Position numbers and translations under genes: made by a program
Shown here: in pieces, positions 36,986-47,448 of the stretch
How the letters are laid out: each line of letters opens with the position of its first letter
Numbering within the stretch: position 1 is the first letter of the stretch
Origin: Nanobdellota archaeon
GTDB lineage: Archaea > Nanobdellota > Nanobdellia > Woesearchaeales > GW2011-AR4
Direction of reading: 5' to 3'
DNA: 64,000 bases
NCBI GenBank assembly: GCA_038046385.1
Contig: JBBSWH010000009.1
Location: 1-64,000 of the forward strand
Notes under the pieces: model-generated
Database searches by the model: none
Seen by the model: only the letters and a program-made list of their open reading frames with translations
What the model was told of the DNA's origin: nothing

Positions 36986-39330
36986 CTCATTTTAACGAAA
37001 TGTTTTCAAAAATAAAAGCCAGAACAATTGAAAATAAAAATGACATTTTTGCCCTTTTGGCAATATTCATAATTTCCATTTTCTTTTTTCACAATTTTCT
37101 TGGAGCAGAAACCCTGATGCTTAACGGGCATTACCTTCATGAGCAGACATTTTTCAGCTATAATTACCTAGCCGCACACGAAAAAGGAGCATTGCCTTTC
37201 TGGACACCGTATTGGTACAGCGGACAGCCGTTTTTTGCGGACAGCCAGGTTTTTTTCCTTAACTTAACCCACATTTTCATAATTTTGTTCGGAAACATTT
37301 TCCTGTCGATAAACCTGTCGTCGCTGATTTATTTTTTTATCAGCGGCGCCGGAATGTATTTCCTTGTAAGGCATTTGACAAATTACAGGAGCGCAGCATT
37401 TGTATCGGCAATAATATACATGTTCAACGGGCTTATAAACGGATTTATTGTTTCCGGAAACCCAAGCATACTGGAGCCATATTCACTTATCCCTTTTATC
37501 TTTCTTTCAATAATCAAGGCAAAGAAAGCGCAGAACCCTATAAATTACTCCATAATTGCAGGAACACTGCTGGCATTTCAGGTGTTTTCAGGCGGAGCGC
37601 TGATGCTCGTTTATACTTTCCTGATTATATTCCCTTATCTTGCATTTGATGCGATAAGCCAAGGCATTAAATCCAAAATAGCAAAATCTGCGATTATAGC
37701 ATGCACCATGGTTCTGATATTATTCGGATTATCTGCTGTAAAACTTCTTCCAAATATGGATTTTATAAAAGAGACTAACAGGTCAAATGGATTGTCTTAT
37801 CAGGAATACCTTGGAGAAGATGTTTTTGTTTTCAAGGACTTTTTCAAAATTTTTGTGCTCACAGGCTACACATCAAGCCTTAAAATACATCTGGGTTTTG
37901 CTGCCTTTATACTTGTCATATCCTCATTTTTTTTCATAAGAAAAAGGATAGTGCTTTATTTTTTATCCCTGTCAGTTTTCCTTGCCATTCTTGCCAGCGG
38001 CGGCTTTCTGGCAGAGATATTCTTCAAGTATGTGCCTGAATTTTCAAAGACAAGGCATATTGCAAGGGTTCTTTTTGCCGTGGCATTTTCAGCTTCAATT
38101 CTTGCAGGATATGGGTTTCTTTTTATTTCAAACTTTATCAAAGGCAAATTCAAATTTAATGGCTTTACAAAGAAAACCCTCTTTTTTATCTTATGTATCA
38201 TAATTCTTGTTGAATTGATTATTCCCAACGGAATTCCAAATGGATTCAACATAAACAACGAGCTTGAGCAGAATGAGCTTGCAAAATATCTGCAGCAGGA
38301 GCGGGAAAAAACACCTTTTAGGATAACAACTTTTGATATAGATGACATAATATCCTTCTACGGCAGCAGCTATTACGCCCAATACGGGCTTGAGACTCTT
38401 TCTGGAGGGGGGGGCTTATGGATTGACGATTTCGTAAGGTACCTTTCCATAGCAAAAAACACAAACAAATCCAAACTACTCGGAATACTGAATTTAAAAT
38501 ATGCAACATCAACAAAAGAAGCTGATTTTTTAGGATTTAGCGAAGCAAAAAAATTCAATGAATGCGCGCCATGCAAGGAAAATGACTGGACAAGCTGGAT
38601 AGGCGGCCCATATCTCTATGAAAACAAAAATTTTCTGCCAAGATATTATTTTGTCAACAATTCAATATTAATAGTGGGGGACATGAATCAAGCCCGAGAT
38701 ATAACCTACAATTTGCTCCTCAGCAGAAAATTTGACCCCAAAAAAGCGATAATAGTGCAAGGAAACGGAAAAATAAGCGATTATAATGTAGAACTGCTAA
38801 AAAAATTCAATGCAATAGTGCTGCTTCAGGGGTCTGTAGATTCAAACTCCCTCCCTATCCTGGATCAGTACAAAAAATCAGGAGGAAAAATATTTCCAGA
38901 TATACTTGAAAATAAAAATTCAGTTGAAACTTCAGAAATTGAAAACCTTATGGAATCATTCAAGGGAGAAGTCAAAGAAGTGGAATTCAATTCAATATCG
39001 CCAAACGAGATAGAACTGCATCCAAAAAACAAGGGATTCCTAGTAATGAGCGAAAAATATTCACTTTTTGATGAATGGCGCGCAACTAAAGACGGCCAAA
39101 ATGTAGAAATTCTGAGGGCAGACAATGTTATAAGCGCAGTTTATGCGGATGGGCCAGGGGCAATTAATTTTAAATTCACACCTAAATCATTTTGGAAAGG
39201 CGCAATAATCTCCATGGCAACTGCAATTCTGATTGCCGCATATTTTATATCTCATTTCATAATAACCAACAGGAGAAAAAATAAATCCAGAGTCAACGCT
39301 CTGCAACAAGCACGCCCTGATAATCCTTGA
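36982..39330 (+). CDS. YfhO-family GT-C membrane protein
   Basis: PFWTPYWYSGQPF, LYENxxFLPR; C-terminal TM; start TTG 36982 or ATG 37000. Confidence 0.8.
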   Translation: MTHFNEMFSKIKARTIENKNDIFALLAIFIISIFFFHNFLGAETLMLNGHYLHEQTFFSYNYLAAHEKGALPFWTPYWYSGQPFFADSQVFFLNLTHIFIILFGNIFLSINLSSLIYFFISGAGMYFLVRHLTNYRSAAFVSAIIYMFNGLINGFIVSGNPSILEPYSLIPFIFLSIIKAKKAQNPINYSIIAGTLLAFQVFSGGALMLVYTFLIIFPYLAFDAISQGIKSKIAKSAIIACTMVLILFGLSAVKLLPNMDFIKETNRSNGLSYQEYLGEDVFVFKDFFKIFVLTGYTSSLKIHLGFAAFILVISSFFFIRKRIVLYFLSLSVFLAILASGGFLAEIFFKYVPEFSKTRHIARVLFAVAFSASILAGYGFLFISNFIKGKFKFNGFTKKTLFFILCIIILVELIIPNGIPNGFNINNELEQNELAKYLQQEREKTPFRITTFDIDDIISFYGSSYYAQYGLETLSGGGGLWIDDFVRYLSIAKNTNKSKLLGILNLKYATSTKEADFLGFSEAKKFNECAPCKENDWTSWIGGPYLYENKNFLPRYYFVNNSILIVGDMNQARDITYNLLLSRKFDPKKAIIVQGNGKISDYNVELLKKFNAIVLLQGSVDSNSLPILDQYKKSGGKIFPDILENKNSVETSEIENLMESFKGEVKEVEFNSISPNEIELHPKNKGFLVMSEKYSLFDEWRATKDGQNVEILRADNVISAVYADGPGAINFKFTPKSFWKGAIISMATAILIAAYFISHFIITNRRKNKSRVNALQQARPDNP

Positions 39331-40105
39331 CTTTTTTTATAGTGCAGGAAAATCCTGCTTTCTTCAGATACTTTAAAAGATTATCAAGATTAAGTTTCTT
39401 GTTTTTGATTCCAAAATAGTCTGGATTATGGTACTCAATAACCATCTTTTTTATTTTTTTGAGGATTTTCAGAGGAGTATTGAGCAGTATGTTATATTCA
39501 GCACCTTCACAGTCCATCTTAAGAAAATCGCAGTTTTTTATGCTGTTTTCAGTGAAAATTTTCTGAAGAGACACTGATGATATCTCAACTGAGCGCCCTT
39601 TGTTGTCATAAATCGTATTAAGGGCAGAATTAATCGGATTAATGTATATCCTGACCGGCTTACTGCCAGAAGTAACTGCTTTGTTGAATATTATTATATT
39701 TCCGGATTGGTTTAATTCTATATTTTTCTTCAGGACAGCGTAAGTTGAAGGAGACGGCTCAAACGAATAGATTTTGCATTTTGGGCATTTTTTGGAAGCA
39801 AAAAGAGAAAACGAGCCCAAATGCGCGCCGACATCAATTATGGATCCATTTTTATTGCTAAGGCTGTTTATCTTGTAGTCATCACGGACAATGCACTCAT
39901 AAATCATTGATATATCGGTGGCCTTTGAAAATATATTTCCGGTCCTTACAACGAGCTTTATCTCTTTGACATTTATTATAGTCTCTTTATCGAAGGTTGT
40001 CCAGAAATGCAGCCATTCTTGAAACGTCCAGACGGATGCAAGATAAGCAGAGACTTTTATGACTTCATAAGCCCTTACAATGTTACGGTAAAATTTTGCA
40101 AGCAT
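39293..40105 (-). CDS. FkbM family methyltransferase
   Basis: IDVGAHLG, FEP, LKMDCEGAE. Confidence 0.9.
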   Translation of the reverse strand: MLAKFYRNIVRAYEVIKVSAYLASVWTFQEWLHFWTTFDKETIINVKEIKLVVRTGNIFSKATDISMIYECIVRDDYKINSLSNKNGSIIDVGAHLGSFSLFASKKCPKCKIYSFEPSPSTYAVLKKNIELNQSGNIIIFNKAVTSGSKPVRIYINPINSALNTIYDNKGRSVEISSVSLQKIFTENSIKNCDFLKMDCEGAEYNILLNTPLKILKKIKKMVIEYHNPDYFGIKNKKLNLDNLLKYLKKAGFSCTIKKVKDYQGVLVAER

Positions 40106-40204
40106 TTAATCATGTTAAACAGTCCAATTTATTAAATTTTTTATTGTTATGCGGCAAAACAGCGTTTGGAAAATTTAATAAACAGGCAAATGCCACATTG
40201 GAAA

Positions 40205-41839
40205 ATGAACATAGAAAAGCCGTACCTGCTGCTGTTTTTTGGCTTAATGCTTTTTCTTGGAGTCTCAAATCTTATGGACCATAGGGTTCAGCATGATTTT
40301 CCATATGCCTATCTGGCTTCAGATACATTCCAGCAGCAGACAAGGGCAGATGGGATAGCAGACGCAGGCAACTACAGGAATGAACCATTTTATATTGTCA
40401 AGGGTTTCAAGGATGTAGTGGGGTATTACCCTCCTTTGGTGCACCATCTTGGCGTCCTCTTGCATTTTACAACCGGCATTCCAGCATACGATACAGTCTA
40501 TTTTATGGTTTTTTTCAGTGCCATATTAGCGGCTTTTGTGATGTATATTATAATAAGGAGCTACAACAAGAATATTGCAATACTTTCTTTGCCGCTGTCA
40601 ATACTCATATTCTCCGATAAGTCTTATATAGGCTTCGTATGGGGCCACTGGGCATCAATAACCGGCCAGCTGTTCCTGCTTTGCATATTCTGGTCAATAA
40701 CAAGATTTGACATTGCAAAATCAGAAGCCCTTCTCGGGATATTCATGGGATCCCTTGCACTTGCTCACACTTCCGAATTAATTTACGGCATTGCTTTTGT
40801 CGGGCTTTATGGTGTTTGGCTTTTATCAAACAAAAAACTCAATACTAAATTTTTCAAAAAGACAATAATTGCTGCAGTAATTGCAATTGTTATATCGGCA
40901 TACAGCCTTTACATATTCTACAACAGTTTTATGGTTGTGAATCCCTATACATTCGAAGTATCAAAGTACTGGGGAGGGACGCCAATATTTGAAATAACAG
41001 ACTTCAGCTTGCTTTTGATTTTTATGGTTATAGGGCTGATAGCCGGCATTTTAATGATAAAAAAAATAGATGTTCCTGTGCTGGCAGGAATATTCATGCT
41101 GCTTGTAGGATACACAAATTATATCGGCTTTGGGATAAGGGCATTCCAGCCAAGGCTTTTCTGGCCGATTTATTTTTCAATTTTCCTTGGGATAGGGCTG
41201 CATACGCTGGTAAAATACATGCCATTCAATTCAAAGGCAATCCTTGCATTTTGCTTAAGCGCATTTTTTGTATTGGCAATTTCCAACACTATTTCAATAC
41301 CAAATATCCCGACATATTCAAAATTGTCAAACCCCGGGATTATGGACACTTGGCACTGGCAGATGTTTCAGTGGATAAGCAAAAATACAGATACAGATTC
41401 AAAAATATACTTTTTTTATGGAGACATTTACGGCCAGGATGCAATTCTCAGAAACTCCAAGAGGCTGCACGTTCAGGTCATACCTGATGACTTTATTGCG
41501 GCTCTTCAAAACAGGACAGTAAAAAGAGTGTACTGGACAGAAGCGCCAGCAGACCATGGTGCAGGATTCCCGCACTTCAGCCCGTTTCCAAAGATAAAAC
41601 TATATTTAAAAGAAGACACAGACTACTGGCTTTTGAAATCCCCAAATATAGACATATGCAAGTTTGACTATCTTGTATTTGACAGGGCGACAAGGCAGGA
41701 AGTGCTTGCGCAATACAACCTAGTCATAGCAAACCAGATGATGAAAAAAGATGCACAAGTGGTATTTCAGAACGAAGTTTCAATAATATTAAAAAATAAT
41801 AAGGTCAACGGCGACTGCATTGAAGAGGGGACTTTTTAG
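40205..41839 (+). CDS. GT-C-like polytopic membrane protein
   Basis: SD...YYPPLVH loop, WGHW, many TM helices, soluble C-terminal domain. Confidence 0.7.
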   Translation: MNIEKPYLLLFFGLMLFLGVSNLMDHRVQHDFPYAYLASDTFQQQTRADGIADAGNYRNEPFYIVKGFKDVVGYYPPLVHHLGVLLHFTTGIPAYDTVYFMVFFSAILAAFVMYIIIRSYNKNIAILSLPLSILIFSDKSYIGFVWGHWASITGQLFLLCIFWSITRFDIAKSEALLGIFMGSLALAHTSELIYGIAFVGLYGVWLLSNKKLNTKFFKKTIIAAVIAIVISAYSLYIFYNSFMVVNPYTFEVSKYWGGTPIFEITDFSLLLIFMVIGLIAGILMIKKIDVPVLAGIFMLLVGYTNYIGFGIRAFQPRLFWPIYFSIFLGIGLHTLVKYMPFNSKAILAFCLSAFFVLAISNTISIPNIPTYSKLSNPGIMDTWHWQMFQWISKNTDTDSKIYFFYGDIYGQDAILRNSKRLHVQVIPDDFIAALQNRTVKRVYWTEAPADHGAGFPHFSPFPKIKLYLKEDTDYWLLKSPNIDICKFDYLVFDRATRQEVLAQYNLVIANQMMKKDAQVVFQNEVSIILKNNKVNGDCIEEGTF

Positions 41840-41840
41840 A

Positions 41841-42221
41841 ATGAACGAAGAAACAATGAACAAACTGAAGAAAGAATCAGCTTACCTTGCAATCACATTT
41901 GCAGCATTCCTGATGATCTTTAAGATTGCTTTCTACAATGAAAGCGCTTTCAATGCCGTTAAAATAACTGCATCCATATTCTGGATGTTTGTGCTGCCTG
42001 GGTTCTTGATTATGTTTTACTGGCATGAAAACCTTGAATTCATCGAAAGGCTTGTGATAGGGACTGCACTCGGGCTTGGCATAATGGGGTCTGCAAGCTA
42101 TTACCTTGGGTTGATTGGCCTTAATATAAACCACCAAACCATACTGCTGCCGCTTAGCTTTATAGTGATAGGATTATTGACAAGCATCAGAAGTAAAAAT
42201 TTTAACAATCAGCAAAAATGA
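41841..42221 (+). CDS. Small 4-TM protein (DUF1616 N-terminus-like)
   Basis: FVLPG...IERLV pattern. Confidence 0.65.
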   Translation: MNEETMNKLKKESAYLAITFAAFLMIFKIAFYNESAFNAVKITASIFWMFVLPGFLIMFYWHENLEFIERLVIGTALGLGIMGSASYYLGLIGLNINHQTILLPLSFIVIGLLTSIRSKNFNNQQK

Positions 42222-43825
42222 CAAAAAAATCCAAAAAAATCCTCCGAAGCACTGAATTTAAGATATTTTTGACAGCATGGATTGTTTATGCATTTTACTT
42301 ACAGATGTATGGCAGCAGCTGCATGGCAAACTCCCAGTCTGCCCTCACTGCAGCAATTGTAAACGAGGGAAGATTGCAGATAGACACATACCAAAAAGTC
42401 AGCTGCGATATATCTTTTTATAATGGCCATTATTACTCAGGCCAGCCACCAGGGATATCTTTTATTTCAGCGCCGCTCTACATTGCGGCCAAGCCGGCTT
42501 TTAGCCTAATACCGGACAGCACCATCGACTCACTTTATCAAAAACTCGAGAATTATGGAGATAAGCTGCCTCCTGATTATTGGGGAAATAAAAAAACCAT
42601 ATCCAGCTATTTTTCCAGCCTAAGCAAAAGGCAAATACTGGAATATCTTTTTATTTCCGGATTTATTCTGCCTCTGTTCACAACTGCATTAATCAGCGCG
42701 CTGTCTGTTGCTGTATTCTACATGTTCATAAAAAACTTCACAAAAAAAGAATATTTAAGGCTGCTTTCCACAGCACTTTATGCTTTCGGCACAATAGGCT
42801 TTCACCTGTCAACATTATTTTTTGAAAGGCCAATTGCCATAGCAGTATTCTTTATGGCTTTTTTTATCATATTCAGAATAAGGCACGGCCAGCTAAATCC
42901 AAATTTAACTATGCTATTTTTGACAGGGCTGCTTGCAGGCTCATCTGCGGCATTTGACTATTTTCATGCGCTTGCATTGCCGCTGCTGGCTGTTTATTTG
43001 GCGTTATTCTTCACAGAATACAAAAAATCCAAAGACGGCGGCATAAAAAAACTTTTCAGCATCAGAATTTCCAAGCCAAACATATCCCTAATTCTGGCTT
43101 TTGCCATAGGGATGTCAATACCCCTATTGATGCTCGGGTGGTACCATTACGCAACATTCGACAGCCCATTTGCAATTTCTTATTCGCACAGGATTGTTGA
43201 AACAAGCGACGCAAAAATTTCCGACATAGCCAATGCAAAACTTCCAGCCATGTCTACAATATATTATGTACTTGAATTTTTTCTGAATTCTCCAATAATG
43301 ATTCTTGCAATTCTTGCCCCATATGCAGCTCTGAGGAGAAAAGACATGTTTTTTTATGATTTTGCCTTTATTGGAATACTAATAGCCGCTTCTTTTGTTT
43401 TTGCTTTGGCGCTGGCTCTGGTTTACCCGACTGTCGCCCCTCAATTTAACAGGCACATGACTCCAATAATACCTTACTGCTTTTTGGCTCTGCCTTATCT
43501 TATTCCCCAAAAAAAGAACAATAAAAGCAGAAGAATGCTGAGGATTATTGTAGCTATAGGGATTTTATCAATATTCTTCAACTGGATAAACACAATGTAC
43601 GAAGATGCGGATAATTTTGACTTAAGAAACAAAAGAGCCGATTTTCTACCTTATTTTTTCAGCCATGGCCCATCATCCCCTTTTACTTCAGCGCTATCAG
43701 GCATATTCAGAATAAACAACCTAATCTTAAACTTAGCAGGGCTTGCCGCACTTGTATGTATCCTTCTCTTCATATGGAAACGCCACTGGAATTTGAAATA
43801 TTTTATGAATACAAAAAAGCAATAA
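42218..43825 (+). CDS. GT-C-like polytopic membrane protein
   Basis: D...GHYYSGQPPG.S loop, YAFGT, RH.TP. Confidence 0.7.
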   Translation: MTKKSKKILRSTEFKIFLTAWIVYAFYLQMYGSSCMANSQSALTAAIVNEGRLQIDTYQKVSCDISFYNGHYYSGQPPGISFISAPLYIAAKPAFSLIPDSTIDSLYQKLENYGDKLPPDYWGNKKTISSYFSSLSKRQILEYLFISGFILPLFTTALISALSVAVFYMFIKNFTKKEYLRLLSTALYAFGTIGFHLSTLFFERPIAIAVFFMAFFIIFRIRHGQLNPNLTMLFLTGLLAGSSAAFDYFHALALPLLAVYLALFFTEYKKSKDGGIKKLFSIRISKPNISLILAFAIGMSIPLLMLGWYHYATFDSPFAISYSHRIVETSDAKISDIANAKLPAMSTIYYVLEFFLNSPIMILAILAPYAALRRKDMFFYDFAFIGILIAASFVFALALALVYPTVAPQFNRHMTPIIPYCFLALPYLIPQKKNNKSRRMLRIIVAIGILSIFFNWINTMYEDADNFDLRNKRADFLPYFFSHGPSSPFTSALSGIFRINNLILNLAGLAALVCILLFIWKRHWNLKYFMNTKKQ

Positions 43826-43858
43826 CTATTTAAAATAAGGGGGATTTTTTGAGCTATA

Positions 43859-44545
43859 ATGGGCAGCAATAAAAATAAGGTTACTGCAGTCATCCCGGCA
43901 TATAACGAGGAGGAAACAATAAGGGACGTTATAAAATCCGTGAGGCCGCATGTTGATAAAATTCTTGTAGTCCTCTCAAAAAATTCAAGCGACGGAACAG
44001 AAAGAATCCTAAAATCAATGAAAATTGACTATGTCATTGATCACGGCAAGGGCAAAGGAGATGCATTAAGGCAAGGCGCAATGGAAGTTACAACTGGAAT
44101 AACTCTTTTTATAGATGCTGACGGCTCCCACGAAACAAACGACATACCAAAACTGCTTAACCCAATTAAGAACGGCTCTGCTGATATGGTTGTCGGCTCA
44201 AGGGCAACCGGAGGAAGCGACGAACTGCACGGAACGCTTTATATGTTCCTGAAGCACATTGCAACAGGGCTCATTATGCTAATAATAAATTACCGCTGGG
44301 GCGTCAGGCTTACAGAATGCGAGAATGGCTTCAGGGCAATAAGAACAAGCGTTTTGAGAAGCCTTGGCCTAAAGGCAAACCATTTTGACATCGAGCAGGA
44401 GATGGTTATGAAGGCACTAAAGAAAAAAATACACATAAAAGAAGTTTCATCACATGAATACGAGCGCAAAGGCGGCCAGTCGAAGCTCTTTATATTAAGA
44501 AGCGGATGGAGGTTTTTTTGGCGCCTCCTGATTGATATCTGGTAA
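43859..44545 (+). CDS. GT2, DPM synthase-like
   Basis: IPAYNE, DADGSH, NGFRA, RxGGQSK. Confidence 0.9.
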   Translation: MGSNKNKVTAVIPAYNEEETIRDVIKSVRPHVDKILVVLSKNSSDGTERILKSMKIDYVIDHGKGKGDALRQGAMEVTTGITLFIDADGSHETNDIPKLLNPIKNGSADMVVGSRATGGSDELHGTLYMFLKHIATGLIMLIINYRWGVRLTECENGFRAIRTSVLRSLGLKANHFDIEQEMVMKALKKKIHIKEVSSHEYERKGGQSKLFILRSGWRFFWRLLIDIW

Positions 44546-44548
44546 AAA

Positions 44549-45472
44549 ATGAAAGTTTTTATTTCAGGAGTCAACGGTTTTGTCGGCGAACACCTTTCCA
44601 GCTTTTTTTTATCAAAAGGATTTCAAGTTTATGGGAATGGGCGCTCAAATTTCAAGAAAGACGGGGTTAAATATTATAAGCTCGACGTTCTAGACAGTAA
44701 AAAGCTAAAATCAATTATTGCAGAAATAAATCCTGATATTATAGTGCATCTTGCAGCATTCAGCTCTGTAAAGGGATGCAATGAAAATCCCGGCGTATGC
44801 GAAGAAATAAACGTCACCGGCACTAAAAATATCCTTGATTCAGCAGCCGCGCTTAAAAAGAAACCGAAGATCCTTGTTGTGAGCTCCGGAGAGGTTTACG
44901 GAAACCAGAAGCCACCGTTCAGGGAAACGCTGGAGCTTTGCCCGATAAGCCCATATGGACAGATTAAAAAGAAACAGGAAGAAGCGTGCATGTATTATTT
45001 CAAAAAACACAGGCTTAGGATAATAATCGCAAGAAGCTTTCAACATGCCGGCCCTGGCCAGCAGCCAATATATGCAATCTCTGATTTTGCAAAGCAGATA
45101 GCCGAGATAGAAAAAAAAATCAGGGAACCGGTAATAAAAGCCGGAAATCTTGATGTCAAAAGAGATTTTACTGACATAAGGGATGTAGTCAGGGCATATT
45201 TGCTTGCGATAGAGAAATGCACAGACGGAGAAACATATAATATCTGCTCAGGCAAACCGCACTCAATAAGGGAAATACTTCAAAAGATAGTATCATACAC
45301 AGATACAAAAATAAAAATTATCCAGGACCCTGCAAAAATCAGGCCAAACAACATACCGATACTGCAGGGAGACTGCACAAAATTTACTGAGTGCACTGGA
45401 TGGCGCCCTGAAATACCTATTGAAGATACATTAAAAGATACTTTGAATTACTGGAGAAACAAGATAAAATAA
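44549..45472 (+). CDS. NDP-sugar reductase/dehydratase (Rmd/Gmd-like SDR)
   Basis: GVNGFVG, SSGEVYG, YxxxK, GNLDVKRDFTD. Confidence 0.85.
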   Translation: MKVFISGVNGFVGEHLSSFFLSKGFQVYGNGRSNFKKDGVKYYKLDVLDSKKLKSIIAEINPDIIVHLAAFSSVKGCNENPGVCEEINVTGTKNILDSAAALKKKPKILVVSSGEVYGNQKPPFRETLELCPISPYGQIKKKQEEACMYYFKKHRLRIIIARSFQHAGPGQQPIYAISDFAKQIAEIEKKIREPVIKAGNLDVKRDFTDIRDVVRAYLLAIEKCTDGETYNICSGKPHSIREILQKIVSYTDTKIKIIQDPAKIRPNNIPILQGDCTKFTECTGWRPEIPIEDTLKDTLNYWRNKIK

Positions 45473-45514
45473 CAGCATAACTACATTAAGTTCTAAAAAT
45501 ACAAACGGCTACAA

Positions 45515-45844
45515 TCACCTGCGCCTGAAGTGCTTTGCCGCAAATCCAGACGCTGTCATAATAATAAAAGCCAGAAAGATTGACAGTTTAAATGATATAA
45601 ACATTCCGAGCCAGTACACTATTGAAGGGAATATTCCAACTCCAATAAAAAATGCAAAGACAAGCATTTCTTCATGGTTCAAATCAAAATTCCCTAAAAT
45701 AATGTAACTCGGTACAATGAAAAAAAGAATGATTCCCAATACCGACATTGCTCCAGATATTCCCAGTATGAAATAAAAAAATACCAGTATCAAAGCTATA
45801 ATAATTCCAATAAATCCGAAATTTTCATTCTTAGGAAGGCTCAT
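45515..45844 (-). CDS. Small 4-TM protein, paralogue of 41841
   Basis: FIVP...EEMLV pattern; follows a GT-C-like gene as 41841 does. Confidence 0.65.
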   Translation of the reverse strand: MSLPKNENFGFIGIIIALILVFFYFILGISGAMSVLGIILFFIVPSYIILGNFDLNHEEMLVFAFFIGVGIFPSIVYWLGMFISFKLSIFLAFIIMTASGFAAKHFRRR

Positions 45845-47447
45845 ATTTGTACACCCTTATGTTGTTTTTATTGTATAACAGCGTGTGGTTTCCCATATAC
45901 TGCTGCTCAAATGCGAGCCATTGATCCACAAATCTTCTTTCTTGAAGCATCCCAATTTGAGAATAATCAAACATGATATAATCATTCAAAAGGTGGTATC
46001 TTGCGATTTCCGGATTATCTTTGTACTTTTTCCAAGTCAGGAATCCTTCAAAAGGAAGGCTTATCCTAAGCGAGTAAGAAGATATCCAATACACCATCTG
46101 GCCCATCCCATCCCAAGGGGGGCCCATCACAGACACATTCATATCTTCAGGGACGTTTTGCTTTATCCACTCGCTGGCTTCCATTTGAGGCGGAATAAGC
46201 CTTATTATTGGCGAGTTATAGGCTCCTGCAAGGGTAGACTGCGCCATGGGAAAATTATAGCTTAAAGCCAGAAACACAAACACAGCAGCCCCTATATATT
46301 TCAAAATATTCTGGTATTTTTTCAAAAAAACAAGAAACGACGGAATGGACAGAATACCTATTGCAGTTATAGGCACGAAAATATGAGCAGAAGCCGACAA
46401 AGACCTGTGGAGGAAGAAATATTTCCCAATGAAATCCCTGTGCAATATCAAATAAAGGCTTATGAGCCATGCCAAAAGGAACAAATCCCTGTTTTCCCTC
46501 CTTATAACAAGTACCAGGATTCCAATGAGCAGGAAAGGAAGCGTCCAATTGCCATGCATTTCGCTGAATGAAAAATAAGATGCAGGAACAGAGCCGATAA
46601 AATCTTTTGGGTCAGGGGCCCATTGAAAGAGCCTGGAGACAGAAGGATAATCATGCTTCTTCTTGGATTTCTCCATGAATGATTTTATTACATTTCCAGT
46701 CTGGTAAGGGAATATTGACAGCAGGAAAATAAAAAGCACAAGCGCAATGCCAATATGCTTGAAATTCAACGGGAGTTTTTTGTTTTTGATTAAGAGGAAT
46801 ATTCCAAGAACAAGCAACCCGACCATAGAATGAAAGAAAGAAAGCGGATGCACCATCATCTGGACAGCAAGAAGAATACCCATAATGTAAAGATAATGCG
46901 GCTTGCTTGACTCTTTAGTGTACGATAAATAATACTCATAAAAACAATAAAGAATCAGAGGAATGAATGCATATCCAAACCTTTCAGGCCACTGCCCCCA
47001 TAAATACGGCATTATATCTCTCATGGAAAAAGAAAGCAGGAAAGAAGAAAGTATTGCAGGCAAAAATCCATACAGGCTTCTTATAACAAAAAACAAGGAT
47101 ACCAATATCGCTGTTGCAAATATTGCATTGGTAAGGTAAACAGGAACAACCCTTTCAGGAGCAAATGATGATATTATTGCAAGGTCTGTGTGAAAAGGAG
47201 GAGGGTACCATAATGTATGCGGCCTGAATGAATTCTGGCCGCCATAAGAATAATCTATAAAAGGGGGAAGATCTATAAATGTTTTATCTGTCTCGGCAAT
47301 ATAATCTGACAGTTCCCAGTGGGAGATTGCATCAAACTCTCCGTAAGGGGTCCTGTTTTTCTGGAAAGGCAATGTCCACATGTATAATGCAAAAAGATAA
47401 ACTGCAAGAAAGATTATAGACTCTACATGGCTTTTTTTTATCTTCAT
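45831..47447 (-). CDS. GT-C-like polytopic membrane protein, paralogue of 40205
   Basis: EFD...WYPPPFH, WGQWP. Confidence 0.7.
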   Translation of the reverse strand: MKIKKSHVESIIFLAVYLFALYMWTLPFQKNRTPYGEFDAISHWELSDYIAETDKTFIDLPPFIDYSYGGQNSFRPHTLWYPPPFHTDLAIISSFAPERVVPVYLTNAIFATAILVSLFFVIRSLYGFLPAILSSFLLSFSMRDIMPYLWGQWPERFGYAFIPLILYCFYEYYLSYTKESSKPHYLYIMGILLAVQMMVHPLSFFHSMVGLLVLGIFLLIKNKKLPLNFKHIGIALVLFIFLLSIFPYQTGNVIKSFMEKSKKKHDYPSVSRLFQWAPDPKDFIGSVPASYFSFSEMHGNWTLPFLLIGILVLVIRRENRDLFLLAWLISLYLILHRDFIGKYFFLHRSLSASAHIFVPITAIGILSIPSFLVFLKKYQNILKYIGAAVFVFLALSYNFPMAQSTLAGAYNSPIIRLIPPQMEASEWIKQNVPEDMNVSVMGPPWDGMGQMVYWISSYSLRISLPFEGFLTWKKYKDNPEIARYHLLNDYIMFDYSQIGMLQERRFVDQWLAFEQQYMGNHTLLYNKNNIRVYKYEPS

Positions 47448-47448
47448 T

